Shown: piece by piece, positions 13,581 through 25,329 of the stretch
Layout: every line of letters begins with the position of its first letter
Position numbering within the stretch: the stretch's first letter is position 1
Source: Mytilus californianus
Lineage: Eukaryota
Reading direction: 5' to 3'
DNA: 64,000 bases
NCBI RefSeq assembly: GCF_021869535.1
Contig: NW_026262672.1
Coordinates: 3,906,001 to 3,970,000 of the forward strand
The notes under the pieces: model-generated
The model's input: the letters and a program-made list of their open reading frames with translations, nothing else
What the model was told of the DNA's origin: nothing
Database searches by the model: none
Translations under genes and position numbers: made by a program

Positions 13581-14469
13581 TCTATGACATTGAAAAGTTA
13601 TTTCAAATGCAAATCAGTTTTTATAGGATTTAACGCCTTTTTAAAAGAATTTATTGGTGTATAAACTCGACCAATTTGCAATCGTTTAATCCTTATAATT
13701 CTTTAAAATTGGAGATAAGGAATTTATTTTTCCACACTCATAACCATATGTCATTGAATAGGCATGGCGCATGAATATATTTGTTGGTTAACGCAAAAAT
13801 ATGTACTCCATGAAATTTGCAATATGATAAAAAATAAACTACAAAAATTCTTATTATCATTCAAACGAATGTTTTGTGTTTATTATTTAATTTAACTTTA
13901 ATTAAGACCTATAAACGTGAATTGAAAAAAAATTTCGTTAACGTCGATCCGGATTGTGTCATTATCGCCGCCATCTTGTTTACATTGGTTACGAAAAGAA
14001 GTTCGGTCAACGCCGTCTATCGAAAAATAAACAACTTCAAGAACAACTACCGGAAGTCCTCTCAACCAATCATATCAACGTATTCTCTGATATACATCAT
14101 ATAAGAATTACATTAAAAAAACATTTTATTACATTTTAGGCAGTTTAGTAAAGACCATTGGAGTAACTAAACAACCAAAACTTCACTTAATTCTGTGTTC
14201 TTTAAAATTCGATATAGAGTTATGAACTATTGTTATCACTTGTGGTCAATGATCTTATGTTGTCTACAATAGCTTTTTGTCTTAAATCAACTGAAACACT
14301 ATGCCAGTTTAAACCAAAGTAAGCCTGAATCATTTTGAATTTAAAAAATATATATTGATGAGTGCTATGGTGAATAATTTTTCATTTCAAAAGTAAATAT
14401 GTTGGTGAGCAGAACGACAGTGACGTCCTTGGAAGTTCTCTACACAACAGTATGACAACATGCGAGCCT

Positions 14470-14900
14470 TTTTCATGCTCTACTTTTTATCTGACCTGTT
14501 TGGTAAGATAAACCAGCTAAGTAAATCGCTTCAGAAACGCGACTTGTCATATGCCACTGGTCATATGCCATCGTAAAACAATTAGTTGACGCTTTTCTCA
14601 TGGCAATAGAGACAAGAGTATTCAACCGAGCATCCTTCATTTAGACCATTATGTGTCGATTTTCTCAAATCAACAAACCGATATGATAGATAGATACAAT
14701 ACTACCATTCTTAAGCGTAACCATCGCGAACGTCATCTAAAGCCGAGAGTCGTGCAATGTGCTCAACTCATACATGACAATATTCGTGACCGATATCCAG
14801 ACGGCACATTTCCGAAGCATTCTCTATATGTGAACCGTCTAACTTTCCTAGTATTGCTGTTTACCTTCCGCGCTATTAGTCCAGTCAACTTAAGGGTAAC
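14470..14900 (+). pseudogene. hAT transposase fragment, inverted paralogue of 6560-6990
   Basis: TTTCATGCTCTACTTTTTATCTGACCTGTTTGGTAAGATAA...TTCCGCGCTATTAGTCCAGTCAA is the reverse complement of 6560-6990. Confidence 0.8.
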
Positions 14901-15531
14901 ATTACTTAAACCTCAAAGAAATCGTAACAGAATTTGGTCAGCCGTTTTTTTTGTAGCCATGTTTATACGTTGTGTGTTTGTTTATAAGCCTCATATATCA
15001 ATCATTAATTCTGCAAGAATTTAGTTTTTAAATTACTATTACAAGGTTTTTAAAAGGGTAAAGGTAAATGTTTAACGGAGACACAAGATTCCATTCAAAT
15101 TTCCTTCTTAAAAAGTTATAAAATTGAAAACTTTTGGTAGAAAGAAGACACATTTTTTTCTTTTTAATTTTTTATTTGCAGTTCTCAATGTTTTCTTTGA
15201 TGCTTGTACTCATAAATAAGAATGGTAACCATTTGATCATCATGTTGGAAATGTACACAACACCATATAGGGAAACACGACTACGCAGAGATATTAAGCA
15301 CTGGACAACAGATACAAAGTTTTTACAAAGACAAGCCGAAGCAAACATTTATTATACATATTTCTAAGAATAAATTTGGAGTAAAATTTGAAGAAAACAG
15401 GTTTCTTTGATCTTATTAAATGGTAATATGAAATATCTTATTAAATGGTTCTATGAAATATCATGAAAAAAATAAATCTGGAGTAAAATGTTGGTTTTGA
15501 TAAATATATAACCCAGTATAATAAATTACAG

Positions 15532-16095
15532 ATGTCAACGATTGAAACAAATAGTCACTGAAAAGGCAAACTTACAGCAACAACTTTTCAAACTAAAACA
15601 GCAATTGGCCGCAATTGAACAACAAGAACTAAAACCATCCAAACCAAGTCCCCACATTGAAATCGTTAAACCACTGGGGAAAACCATCTCATCCCCAAAG
15701 CCTGTGAACATGAATTCAAAGAAACCCCTGTTTTCAAATCCCCAAAAGCCATCCACCAGTGGGCTACAAAAAATAAAAATGCCATCCAATTATGAAGTTG
15801 CTCAGCCTGTCAAGCAGTCAGCATCAACATTAACAGATACCGACTCTGACATGGAGTTAGCGGAGTTGCTATTGGAGGAGCCTACAACATGTAGTAAAAA
15901 ACCAAGTACCTCCGAATCAGATGCTGAAATACCGCTACTGACTTAAGAACAAAAATTGAAATTGAAAAGAAAAATTGTAATCAACTCCTCGGACTCAGAA
16001 GATGGACAATTTACAAAAAAATCTAACTCAGAAAATGAAAAATCCAGGAAAAAAAGCTCACGTGTACAAAAAAAGAAAAAATGCTATGATATGTA
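15532..16095 (+). pseudogene. Exon-like frame: coiled coil plus Ser/Lys-rich tail, one stop
   Basis: TTACAG acceptor at 15531, then CQRLKQIVTEKANLQQQLFKLKQQLAAIEQQ...; same frame continues past a TAA at 15944-15946; product unknown. Confidence 0.35.
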
Positions 16096-17566
16096 AATAT
16101 TAAATAACTTTTATAGGTGATTTCAGCAATGAAAAATAATACAACGCTTCATTAACTAATATTTTACTTCAACCATAGTTAAGATACCAAACTAAAGACA
16201 AAAAAAAGTTGCTTTTTCATCCATGATAAATATTTGTTAAAGATATTTAAACATACCCTAATGAATTATTTCCCTTCGCAGGTAGGTTAAAGCTGTAGTA
16301 TGGTAATTAGTCAAATTTTGAGTAAAAAAAACGACGGAAATTGAATTTTGCATATTCTCCTCATGGATAGCAATGGAATGAAAAAATAAGAACAGTCTTG
16401 CGATACAGCATTGGAACTATAATTTGCGGCTGTACTTTTGCGTGTTTATCGCGTAACTATGGTAACGGGGCATATGCAAACACGTACTTTGAGCCCCCAT
16501 CTTAAACAGCCTGGCGCACCCCAAAGACCTACACGCAACTCATAAAATAAAGTTGTGTTTTGTTCATTAAAGTCTCATCTTTCATATGCTTGCTGTTTCT
16601 TCGTTTAAATTGAACAGGTTCGTTTATTATTTACAAAAACAAACTGAAGTTGTACCAAAAAAGCAGTAAACATTGAAGTCGTTGAATATTTGCAATGCTT
16701 ATCGCAAAGTTTTAAAATTAGAAACAGCAATATTGTTAATTATCATCATCATTAGAAGGGGTGTGCAAAGTTTCAAAGAGGTAATCGAACATTAATGGGA
16801 TGCGCCAATGCGTTTTTATACACGAATCACACAAAAATTCATATTTGTACACAAATAAAACATTCAGTTGATCAGGACTATTTGGATTATTTCCCCCGAT
16901 GAAGTAAATACGCCACGTTTTTCAAAACAACGATTTACTTTTTATAAATGCTGATTTGTTATTTATTTGCTTGCCGATTAATATTTATGACAAATGGAAT
17001 CGGGCATTCTTGACACCTTGCTTTCCTGCATCCATGAAGACTCAAAATATTGACATGTAAATCGGGTATCTTGATTTGAGAAAAAAAGGGGGGTTTATGT
17101 CTTTATAATTATTAAGAAAAACAGCATAAAAGTTCATGCACGAGGGTTCGATTCCCTCCCTAAGCTATATTAATGTTTTGATGTGCTGGTGCAAAGTTGG
17201 CAGATTGCTTAGTGGCCACACATGAACTTTTATGATGTAATATTTTTAAATTATTCAAACTTTTATGATATAATATAATTTAGACAGGTTTCTGATATTT
17301 ACAAGCTCTTTAGCTCAAAACATATTCAAATAAATCAATTGATTGATTGATTGTTGTTTGCTTTACGCCGCATTAGCACAGAAAGGCTATATCGCGGCGA
17401 GAGCTAATTCGAATATTATAACAATTTAAGGTATATTTTTAAAATCAGACAAAAGGTCTTTCAATAAACTAAAATTCTAGACTAAAGCAAATTGATTATT
17501 TACAAATAAAAATCAACACTAAGATAACGTGATAAAAATTAAAATCGTTTAAATATAACAACATTT

Positions 17567-20500
17567 TTATATTTTATAATATATTCCAATTTCTTTTAAG
17601 AATGAAACAATATTTGTAAATGGAATATTATTAAATAAATCATACATATTATTGACATTGAAATGCTTCTTCCGAATATCAGCAAAGTCAATACAATTGA
17701 TTAAAACATGTTTAATAGTATACTTGCAGTTACAAGGTATACATTGTGGTTGTACTTCATTTTTTAAAAGATATTCGTGTGTTATTCTAGTATGACCAAT
17801 ACGACATCTAGAAATAACACACTGATCTTTTCTGCACATAAAATTATTGAAAGGTTTACATAAATTAGGTTTAATTTCATGTAATTTATTACCATCTTTT
17901 TTACTCCATTCATTTTTCAATATATTAAAAACATATTCTCTAATATTAGATTTAAAATCGGTATATGGTATATCACAGTTAGATAAAGGGTCACCCAGGG
18001 CATTCTTTGCCTCAAGGTCTACAGCTGTGTTTCCAAGGATTCCAACATGACTCGGCACCCATAGAAATAATATTTCTTTAAGAAGAATTTTTAAATTCCT
18101 CATTACATATAAAATTTTGAGAATTGTTGGGTTTTTAATTTTAGTATTTTGTATAGCTTGTAAGCATGAAAGTGAATCAGAACATATAATAAATTTGGAT
18201 TTATCTGAAGAAGCAATAAATTTCAAAGCCAAAATTATTGCTTCTGCTTCAGCAGTAAAGATCGATGCATCAGATGGCAAACGGAGAGTTGCAGCTCTGT
18301 CCCTGAAGACAGCAGCAGATGCAACTCTGTCACCATCTTTTGATCCATCAGTATAGACAGTTGAAAAATCTGAATAATTGGCTTTGATTTCAGCATAGTG
18401 TTGCTGAATTAAAAGAGGATTTGTTTTATTTTTATTGTGTTCACGGAGATCAAATATCATTTTTGGTTTGGGAAGTTCCCATGGAGGACATTTGCAAGTT
18501 TCAACTTGAGCAACAGATTTTAAATCAAAAGAAGCTAAATGTGGTTTTAAACGTATACCTAATGGAGGAATTTTATTTTCATGTTTTGCAAAAATATCTT
18601 CATAAATTGGATTAAAAACACAGCTGTAGGCAGGATTATCTGAGTAGGCTTTTAGTTTGACAGCATATTGAAGTCCAAGCTTCAAACGTCTGTTAGAGAG
18701 TGAGTGCTCATCAGCCTCTACATACAGACTCTCAACTGGTGAGGTTTTAAATGCGCCAAGACAGAGACGCAAACCCTGATGATGCACAGCATCGAGAATC
18801 TGTATGTAGGACTTCCTTGCAGAGCCATACACTATAGAGCCATAATCTAGTTTAGATCTAACTAGAGATCTATATAAATTAAGTAAAATGTTGCGATCAG
18901 CACCCCAGTCGGTGCTGCCGACAACTTTTAAAATATCTAATGCTTTTAAACATTTCGATTTTAACATTTTGATATGGGGTAGAAAGGTTAACTTTTTATC
19001 GAAAATTAACCCAAGAAATTTGGTTTCATCAACCATTTTAATTGGGTTGCCGTACAAAGTGAGTTCTGGATCAAGATGCAATTTCCTTTTGTTACAAAAA
19101 TGCATCCCGACCGTTTTTGAAATGGAAAATTTAAACCCATTTTCCGAGGCCCATTTTTCAATTCTTCCAAGACATAACTGTAATTGTCTTTCTATGTTAT
19201 TCATATTTTTGCCTCTATAACATATTAAAAAGTCATCAACATACTATGAACCTTCAATATTACTTTTTAAAACTTCAACAAGGCTGTTGATTTTAAGACT
19301 AAATAATGTAACAGATAAAATACTGCCCTGAGGGACACCCATCTCTTGATCATACAGATCAGACATGGTTGAATTTACTCTAACATTAAATTGTCTGTTA
19401 GATAAAAAATTCGAAATAAAATTTGGCATATTGCCTTTCAACCCCATATCAAACAGATCTTTTAAAATACCATACTTCCATGTAGTATCATAGGCTTTTT
19501 CTAGATCGAAAAAGACCGACACTACATGTTCATTTTTCGCAAAACCATTACGGACAAATGATTCGAACCGAACAAGATGGTCAAGAGTACTGCGACCTTG
19601 GCGGAATCCACACTGGATATTGGCTAAAAGCCCATTGGATTCCAGGAACCAAACAAGGCGATCATTAACCATCCGTTCTAGTGTTTTACAGACACAACTG
19701 GTAAGAGCAATTGGCCGATAATTAATAGGATCCGTGTGATCTTTACTTGGTTTTGGAATAGGCACGACGGTTGCAAGCTTCCAGATTGATGGTAAATCAC
19801 CAGATTCCCAGATGTTATTCATAAGCTGCAAAAGAGCTTCCAGCGAGGAATCTGGCAAGTGTTTTAACAGTTGGTAGTGAATATTATCAGGCCCACAAGC
19901 TGTATCATGGGCTTTTGATAGAGATGTTTTAAGTTCTTCAAGAGAAAAGAGTTTATTATAATTTTCACCATTTTTTGATTTAAAGTTTAATTTAATTTTT
20001 TCTTTTTGTTTTTTAACTTTTTTAAAATCTTCCCTGTAGTTGTTAGAAGAAGAAGATTTCGCAAAAGTTTCACCAAGCTTGTTGGCAATATCCTTTTCAG
20101 ATGTTAATAAATCATTGCCATTTTTTAAATGTTTAACTGTGGCTTTAGAATTTTTACCTTTTATCTTTTGTATCATGTTCCATACTTTTGTCATCGGAGT
20201 GCGAGATGTTATCTCCGAGACAAATTTCTTCCAAGACGTTCGTCGTGCTTGCCTGCAAGTCCGCCGTGCCTTAGCGCGAAAAACACGGAAATTACTCAAG
20301 TTTTCTGTCGTTGGTTGTTGGTTGAACCGTCTTTCAGATTTTTTACGGTCACCTATTGCTTGATCACAAGCATCATCAAACCATGGTTTGCTGGGATGTT
20401 TCGGATTTGCCGAGGTCTTAGGAATAGTTCTGTCAGCAATTGACGTTAAAACTGTATTAAAAGTTAAAATTGGATCTTGTACAGTCTCAAACATCTTTGA

Positions 20501-21238
20501 CTGAAGTTCCGCTTGACAGAGATTCTCAAACAAGGACCAGTCCGCCTTGTCAAGTTTCCAACGTGGTACTCTCTGTTGGGCAGAAGTAAAAAGATGTTCA
20601 AGTACTATTGGAAAGTGATCACTTCCACATAGATCATCATGAACACGCCATGAATAATCCAGAAGAAGAGAGGGATCGCAAATAGTGATATCAATAGCAG
20701 AATAAGACCCGTTTCCAGGATGAAGATAAGTATTAGATCCATCATTAAAAATGCATAATCCTTCTTGAGAGACAAAGTCCTCAATGATCTTACCTTTGAT
20801 ATTATGAGACTTGCTTCCCCACAAGGGGTTGTGTGCATTGAAGTCGCCCATAAGTATAAATGGTGAGGGTAATTGATCAGTGAGGTTTTTGAGTTTAGCT
20901 TTATCGATAATTGAATTGGGTGGAATATATATAGAACATACTGTAATTGTTTTATCTAATGATAAACGAATTGCAACTGCCTGCAGATCCGTGGTGAGTT
21001 GGACTGTGCTATGAATGACGTTGTCCTTCACAAAAATGGATGATCCGCCTGCAGCACGTTCATCTACCTTAGAAAATGTGCTATACATGTTGTATCCTTT
21101 TAAAGATACATTGTCACTTTCTTTTAAATGAGTTTCTTGAAGACAAAATGCAGTAGGTAAAAAAGACTGAACTAGAAGCGTTAACTCGAGAAGATTTATT
21201 TTAAGACCTCGGCAATTCCATTGGATGATATTAGTCAT
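17567..21238 (-). pseudogene. LINE ORF2 (AP endonuclease, reverse transcriptase, RNase H), one in-frame stop
   Basis: IIQWNCRGL, LQETHL, GDFNAH, SDHFP (APE); YRPIALTS, FFDLEKAYD, GVPQGSILS, then S*YVDDF (RT); YTDGSK, TAEAEAI, CSDSLS, WVPSHVGILGN (RNase H); CIPC..TIKHVLINC. The two tracked ORFs are in frame, separated only by TAG at 19246-19244 and 13 codons. Confidence 0.95.
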
Positions 21239-22764
21239 GTTTTGTTAATAGACGGGCGAATGCTATCGAGTTTGCCAGCATTCTTATTTCGCTCACCCTG
21301 AGATTGTAATCTTTCGGGTGGCGGAACACTTTCGATTTCCATTTCTGATTCGTCGTTAAGTGTTGAAAATTTGTTGTGTGAGGAGAGTCGTCGATCTCCA
21401 GGACCATGCGCAGCTGGTTTTACTCCGCCTCCACCCCTACCCCGCGACCTCGAATCAGAAGACTTCTGAGAGGATGTATTTGCTGGCTTCTTTGGGACAT
21501 CCTTCTGTTCTGGAGAACGAAGAGGAGACGGGGCTTTAGAAGACTTTGTACTAGATGCAGAAGATAAACTAGTTTTATTAAATGCAGATGAAGGAGGACT
21601 ATTGGAGATGGAAGAATCATCAATGTCACTGGGAAGATCCCAGATAGATTCACCGCCCCAACTGTCTGATTTAACTGTATCTTTTTTATTTGATTTCTTT
21701 TTTTCATTTTTTTTAGATGATGACATTGAGCTCTGTAAGGAAGATTGAGTTGACTGAGTACTGGTTTTAGAAGGTGTTGGTTTTCTTGGAATTAATATTT
21801 TATCGTTAGGTTCTGTTTCAACAGGCAGCATTGTAAATGTCTCAGCATCAATTGGCCAGGTCATGCGAGTTTGTGTATGCTCGTGACTGAATGAGCGGAC
21901 AACTTTGCTGGCGTACGATGGTCTGTTCGAAACAAGGAGATCATTCGAAACAGAAGCTATCTGTTTAGCTTCTGGGTAACTGATGTTTCTTTCTGTTTTA
22001 ATTTTGATAATATTTTTTTCTTTAAGGTAAACAGGGCAGTCCCTAGATGATGAAAAATGGGATTCACCACAGTTTACGCATTTAGAAGATTCAGAGCTAC
22101 AGGTTGTTCCCTCGTGTCCTTCGTCAGAACACTTGAAGCATCTCTGCGTACCACGACATTGTTTGCTTCCATGACCAAACTTTTGACAAGTGAAGCATCG
22201 AATTGGGTTGGGGATAAACCTGTCAACTCTGATTCCGAAGCAACCTAAAGTAATAGATGGAGGAGGAGTTGGAGTTCTAAATGTCAAAAGATATGTATTT
22301 AATTTGATTATATTTCCATTCTTTTTTATTTGAAATCTAACAACATCAGTTACACCTTGGCTTAAAAGTTCCTCACAGATTTCTTCCACGGTAAGGTCAC
22401 CAAGGTATTGACTTCTGTCTCGAATGATCCCCTTACAGCTGTTCAAACTGTTGTGAGGAGAGGCAGAAACAGGAAAGTTTGTAATTGTTGTCAGTGTAAG
22501 CAAATTTGTTGATTGACTTTTGTTGGAACATTCAACCAACAAATTGCCTGATCTCATTTTTGAAACTTTTTTTACAGTACCAGCAACGCTTTGAATTTGT
22601 TTGTGAATCACAAAGGGAGATATTTTGGAAATTGGTTTTTCATCTGTTCCTTTTATTACAATAAATCTGGGCCAACTGTCATCTTCCTGACAGGGCACTG
22701 AATCATCACATTTTCTTTTTTTATGTATTAAAGCTGATTTAGAGGGTTGGTTTTGTTGTGCCAT
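21235..22764 (-). CDS. LINE ORF1 Gag-like nucleic-acid-binding protein, 509 aa
   Basis: Likely ATG at 22764 (MAQQNQPSK); three knuckles CFTCQKFGHGSKQC, CFKCSDEGHEGTTC, CVNCGESHFSSSRDC; Ser/Lys-rich tail; TGA stop overlaps the ORF2 ATG. Confidence 0.9.
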   Translation of the reverse strand: MAQQNQPSKSALIHKKRKCDDSVPCQEDDSWPRFIVIKGTDEKPISKISPFVIHKQIQSVAGTVKKVSKMRSGNLLVECSNKSQSTNLLTLTTITNFPVSASPHNSLNSCKGIIRDRSQYLGDLTVEEICEELLSQGVTDVVRFQIKKNGNIIKLNTYLLTFRTPTPPPSITLGCFGIRVDRFIPNPIRCFTCQKFGHGSKQCRGTQRCFKCSDEGHEGTTCSSESSKCVNCGESHFSSSRDCPVYLKEKNIIKIKTERNISYPEAKQIASVSNDLLVSNRPSYASKVVRSFSHEHTQTRMTWPIDAETFTMLPVETEPNDKILIPRKPTPSKTSTQSTQSSLQSSMSSSKKNEKKKSNKKDTVKSDSWGGESIWDLPSDIDDSSISNSPPSSAFNKTSLSSASSTKSSKAPSPLRSPEQKDVPKKPANTSSQKSSDSRSRGRGGGGVKPAAHGPGDRRLSSHNKFSTLNDESEMEIESVPPPERLQSQGERNKNAGKLDSIRPSINKT

Positions 22765-23377
22765 AGGAAATGAGAAAGATTCACCATTCTTGTCATCCAC
22801 CCACCTCGGAGTGCCTACAAGGGCGATGCTGTGTTTCCGTGGCGAGCCGGGGTCAAGTGCTAATGCTGAAAACGAGCTCCAAGTATAACATGTATAACGT
22901 AGCTGGTCCCCAAAATTAGCACCCAAGATCCACTGCGGAAAGCACCAGATGTTCCAAGAATGGTATACTCAAGCAGAGCGTATCCATCAAGCGAAATAGA
23001 AAGCGTACCACTTGATTGACCCATGAGCCATCGCCTTCTTCAGTTGTCCGAAATATAAATAGCTTTATTTAAAACACATGTGTATATCATGAAAATTGTT
23101 ACAAGAAAGCTTATTGTTGAGGATTAACTGAAGGGCTCGACATGACCAGCCGATTGATCGAACCGGGTCCATCCGACCTCCCGTTTAGATGATATTGGAG
23201 CCAAAGCAGCTTATTGAACTATAGTCTTGTCCGTCCGGGTATTTTCTGACCGTAAGGAGTCTGGCTACAGCCCTCATCCGCAAGGATCTCGTCAACCACC
23301 GACACGGGTAGCAACCCACGGCCAACGGGTTGGAGAGCCTATTTTATTCAAAACATCGGGCAACTCGTACGATGTTC

Positions 23378-23524
23378 GGATCACTTTAGTCTGGTCTCTA
23401 CCCTTCGACCTGTCCGGCATGGGTAACCCTACCAGGAGACGAAGCTCCAACTGGCATAGCTCTTGGGGTCACTGAGACACGCAAGCCCCCCGACCACGGC
23501 AAGGATAGCGATCCACCGGGGGGT
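23378..23524 (-). ncRNA. Candidate HDV-like self-cleaving ribozyme at the LINE 5' end
   Basis: P1 CCCCCCG/CGGGGGG, P2 GGAUCGCU/AGUGAUCC, P3 (A)UCC/GGU, L3 UUGCCGU, long branched P4, J4/2 ACUAA with putative catalytic C at 23389. Confidence 0.6.
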
Positions 23525-23554
23525 GTAGCTTTTGATGATCTAAACTATTTGCTT

Positions 23555-23975
23555 CCCCAAGGGTGACTGGGGAATAGAAGTATGGTCACCATTGGTCTTC
23601 CTCCGACCGGCAGTAAAACCCGTGCTAAAGTGGGGTGTCCGTTTGGCTGTGCGGGATGTACAAATTTGCAGCCACGGCCGGTCAGAATGGGGACGTTAAA
23701 TCCGATGCCTCGTGTAAAGAGAGTGCCACGCTCTTTGCACGTTAAGAACCCTTGCAACAACTCTTTGAGGGGTCCGTAGGTGACCTGTTGCAAGGCTAAA
23801 TTTCTGTCCCTATCCAATATACCCTCATTTCCCGTGGCAGTCTAAATTTCTCGGACCTTAATCCAGGAAGCCCCTATTACGGAACCTACCTATTGTATTT
23901 ATTTTTAACTTCTTCTCGTCCTGAATATGCATGAAATATTTGCCACTGGTTGTAAGCAACCAACAATCAATCAAT
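23555..23975 (+). mobile_element. SINE-A copy 4
   Basis: 15-bp TSD ATCTAAACTATTTGC at 23538-23552 and 23974-23988. Confidence 0.95.
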
Positions 23976-24955
23976 CTAAACTATTTGCAATTAAAATTAA
24001 GGCTCTAGCTCTTACGATTTTTAAGATAATAAAAAAATAAGGAAATTTTTGAAAAAAATGTAAATTAAGGGCCATAACTCCTAAACCGGTTTTCCGATTG
24101 ACTTCAAATTTTTAGAATAAGTAAATCTTTACGTGCTGATCAATTTAAACCAGAATTTTGATATTTGGAACTGTTTTTGAGTTATTTGCCAAATAAAAAG
24201 GTGTTAAGTCTATTTTTAGCCATGGCGGCCATGTTTTCGACGAATCAAAATGATTGACACACTTTTTAAAGTAGATACTCTAATTAACATCGGGGTCAAG
24301 TTTGGTAAAAATCCCGTCAGTGCCTTCGAGGAGAAGATTTTTAAGGGAAAAGTTAACGGACATACGACGGACGCAATGTGATGGCTAAAGCTCATCCTGA
24401 CTCTTAGTCAGGTGAACTAAAAACCTTAACCGGACCATGGTCAACATATAGTTGGTAATATATACATATAAAAAATGTAAATAACTAAAGATACTTATTC
24501 ACAGTTTTGTTATCACCTTTTCAAAGTAATTTTGGTAATTTTCACATGTATGTTCATGTATTGTCATACAGCAAATAAAAATATTAAACTTTAATTATAA
24601 TATAAGTGTTGTACATCTAATGTACCGGTTCATGCTTTTCTGTCAAACACATATTTATTCTAGTCATCCTTTTTTAATTTTGTATGAACATAAGATATCT
24701 TATTACTTAAATATTATTATGATCATGGTTGAATAAAGCATCAGACCTGAGGTGTTACTGTATGTTGGTGACATTATTTCATGTATAAAAAAGTAATGGA
24801 TCTGACAGTTAATGTACACTTGTATATCTTTGTTTTTATATAAATATGAATATGGGAAAGGCGCCAAATAGATAGCAGGGATTATAAAAGTACTACCTAA
24901 CAATGCAAAGGTAAAATTAATTCTGCTCAGACAAAAATTACAGACCTACTCCCCT

Positions 24956-25235
24956 CACATTAAGATAAATTCAGTCTATTGATACACAGTAATAAACAGA
25001 ACTTGGATTTATTTATTGTGTGTTAAGCTTTTCCTATTGTTTACCTAATACACAATGATCAGAAAATCTCTGATAATTATACTGAAGAGAGGCCTCACTT
25101 TTGTTGTTCAGTATTATCATCTGAGGTTTTGATCATTGTGTATTAGGTAAACAATAGGAAAAGCTTAACACAGAATAAATAAATCCAAGTTCTGTTTATC
25201 AATGAGTATCAATTGACTGAATTTATCTTAATGTG
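24956..25235. repeat. Long near-perfect inverted repeat (foldback), ~125-bp arms
   Basis: CACATTAAGATAAATTCAGTC...TGAA | ~20-nt loop | TTCA...GACTGAATTTATCTTAATGTG; arms pair almost throughout. Confidence 0.92.
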
Positions 25236-25329
25236 AACACATTAAATTTTAATTTGACACTTCACTTGAACGCATTATGACCTATCGTATTTGGACTGAA
25301 TGCAATATAAGACCTTCCTTTAATCTGCA

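Larger units (their letters stand above)
17338..23524 (-). mobile_element. Full-length I-group (I/Nimb-like) LINE, ~6.2 kb
   Basis: Structured GC-rich 5' UTR (23524-22765), ORF1, ORF2 (APE-RT-RNaseH-Cys/His), ~230-bp 3' UTR ending GGCGTAAAGCAAACAAC(AATC)n. No TSD found. Confidence 0.93.

Noticed and set aside
17142-17158. Perfect tRNA T-arm GAGGG-TTCGATT-CCCTC
   Set aside because: No D-arm, A-box or acceptor stem; isolated tRNA/SINE remnant or chance.
22765-22926. N-terminal extension of ORF1 in the ORF track (MGANFGDQ...)
   Set aside because: Starts at TTG within the 5' UTR; first in-frame ATG in plausible context is 22764.
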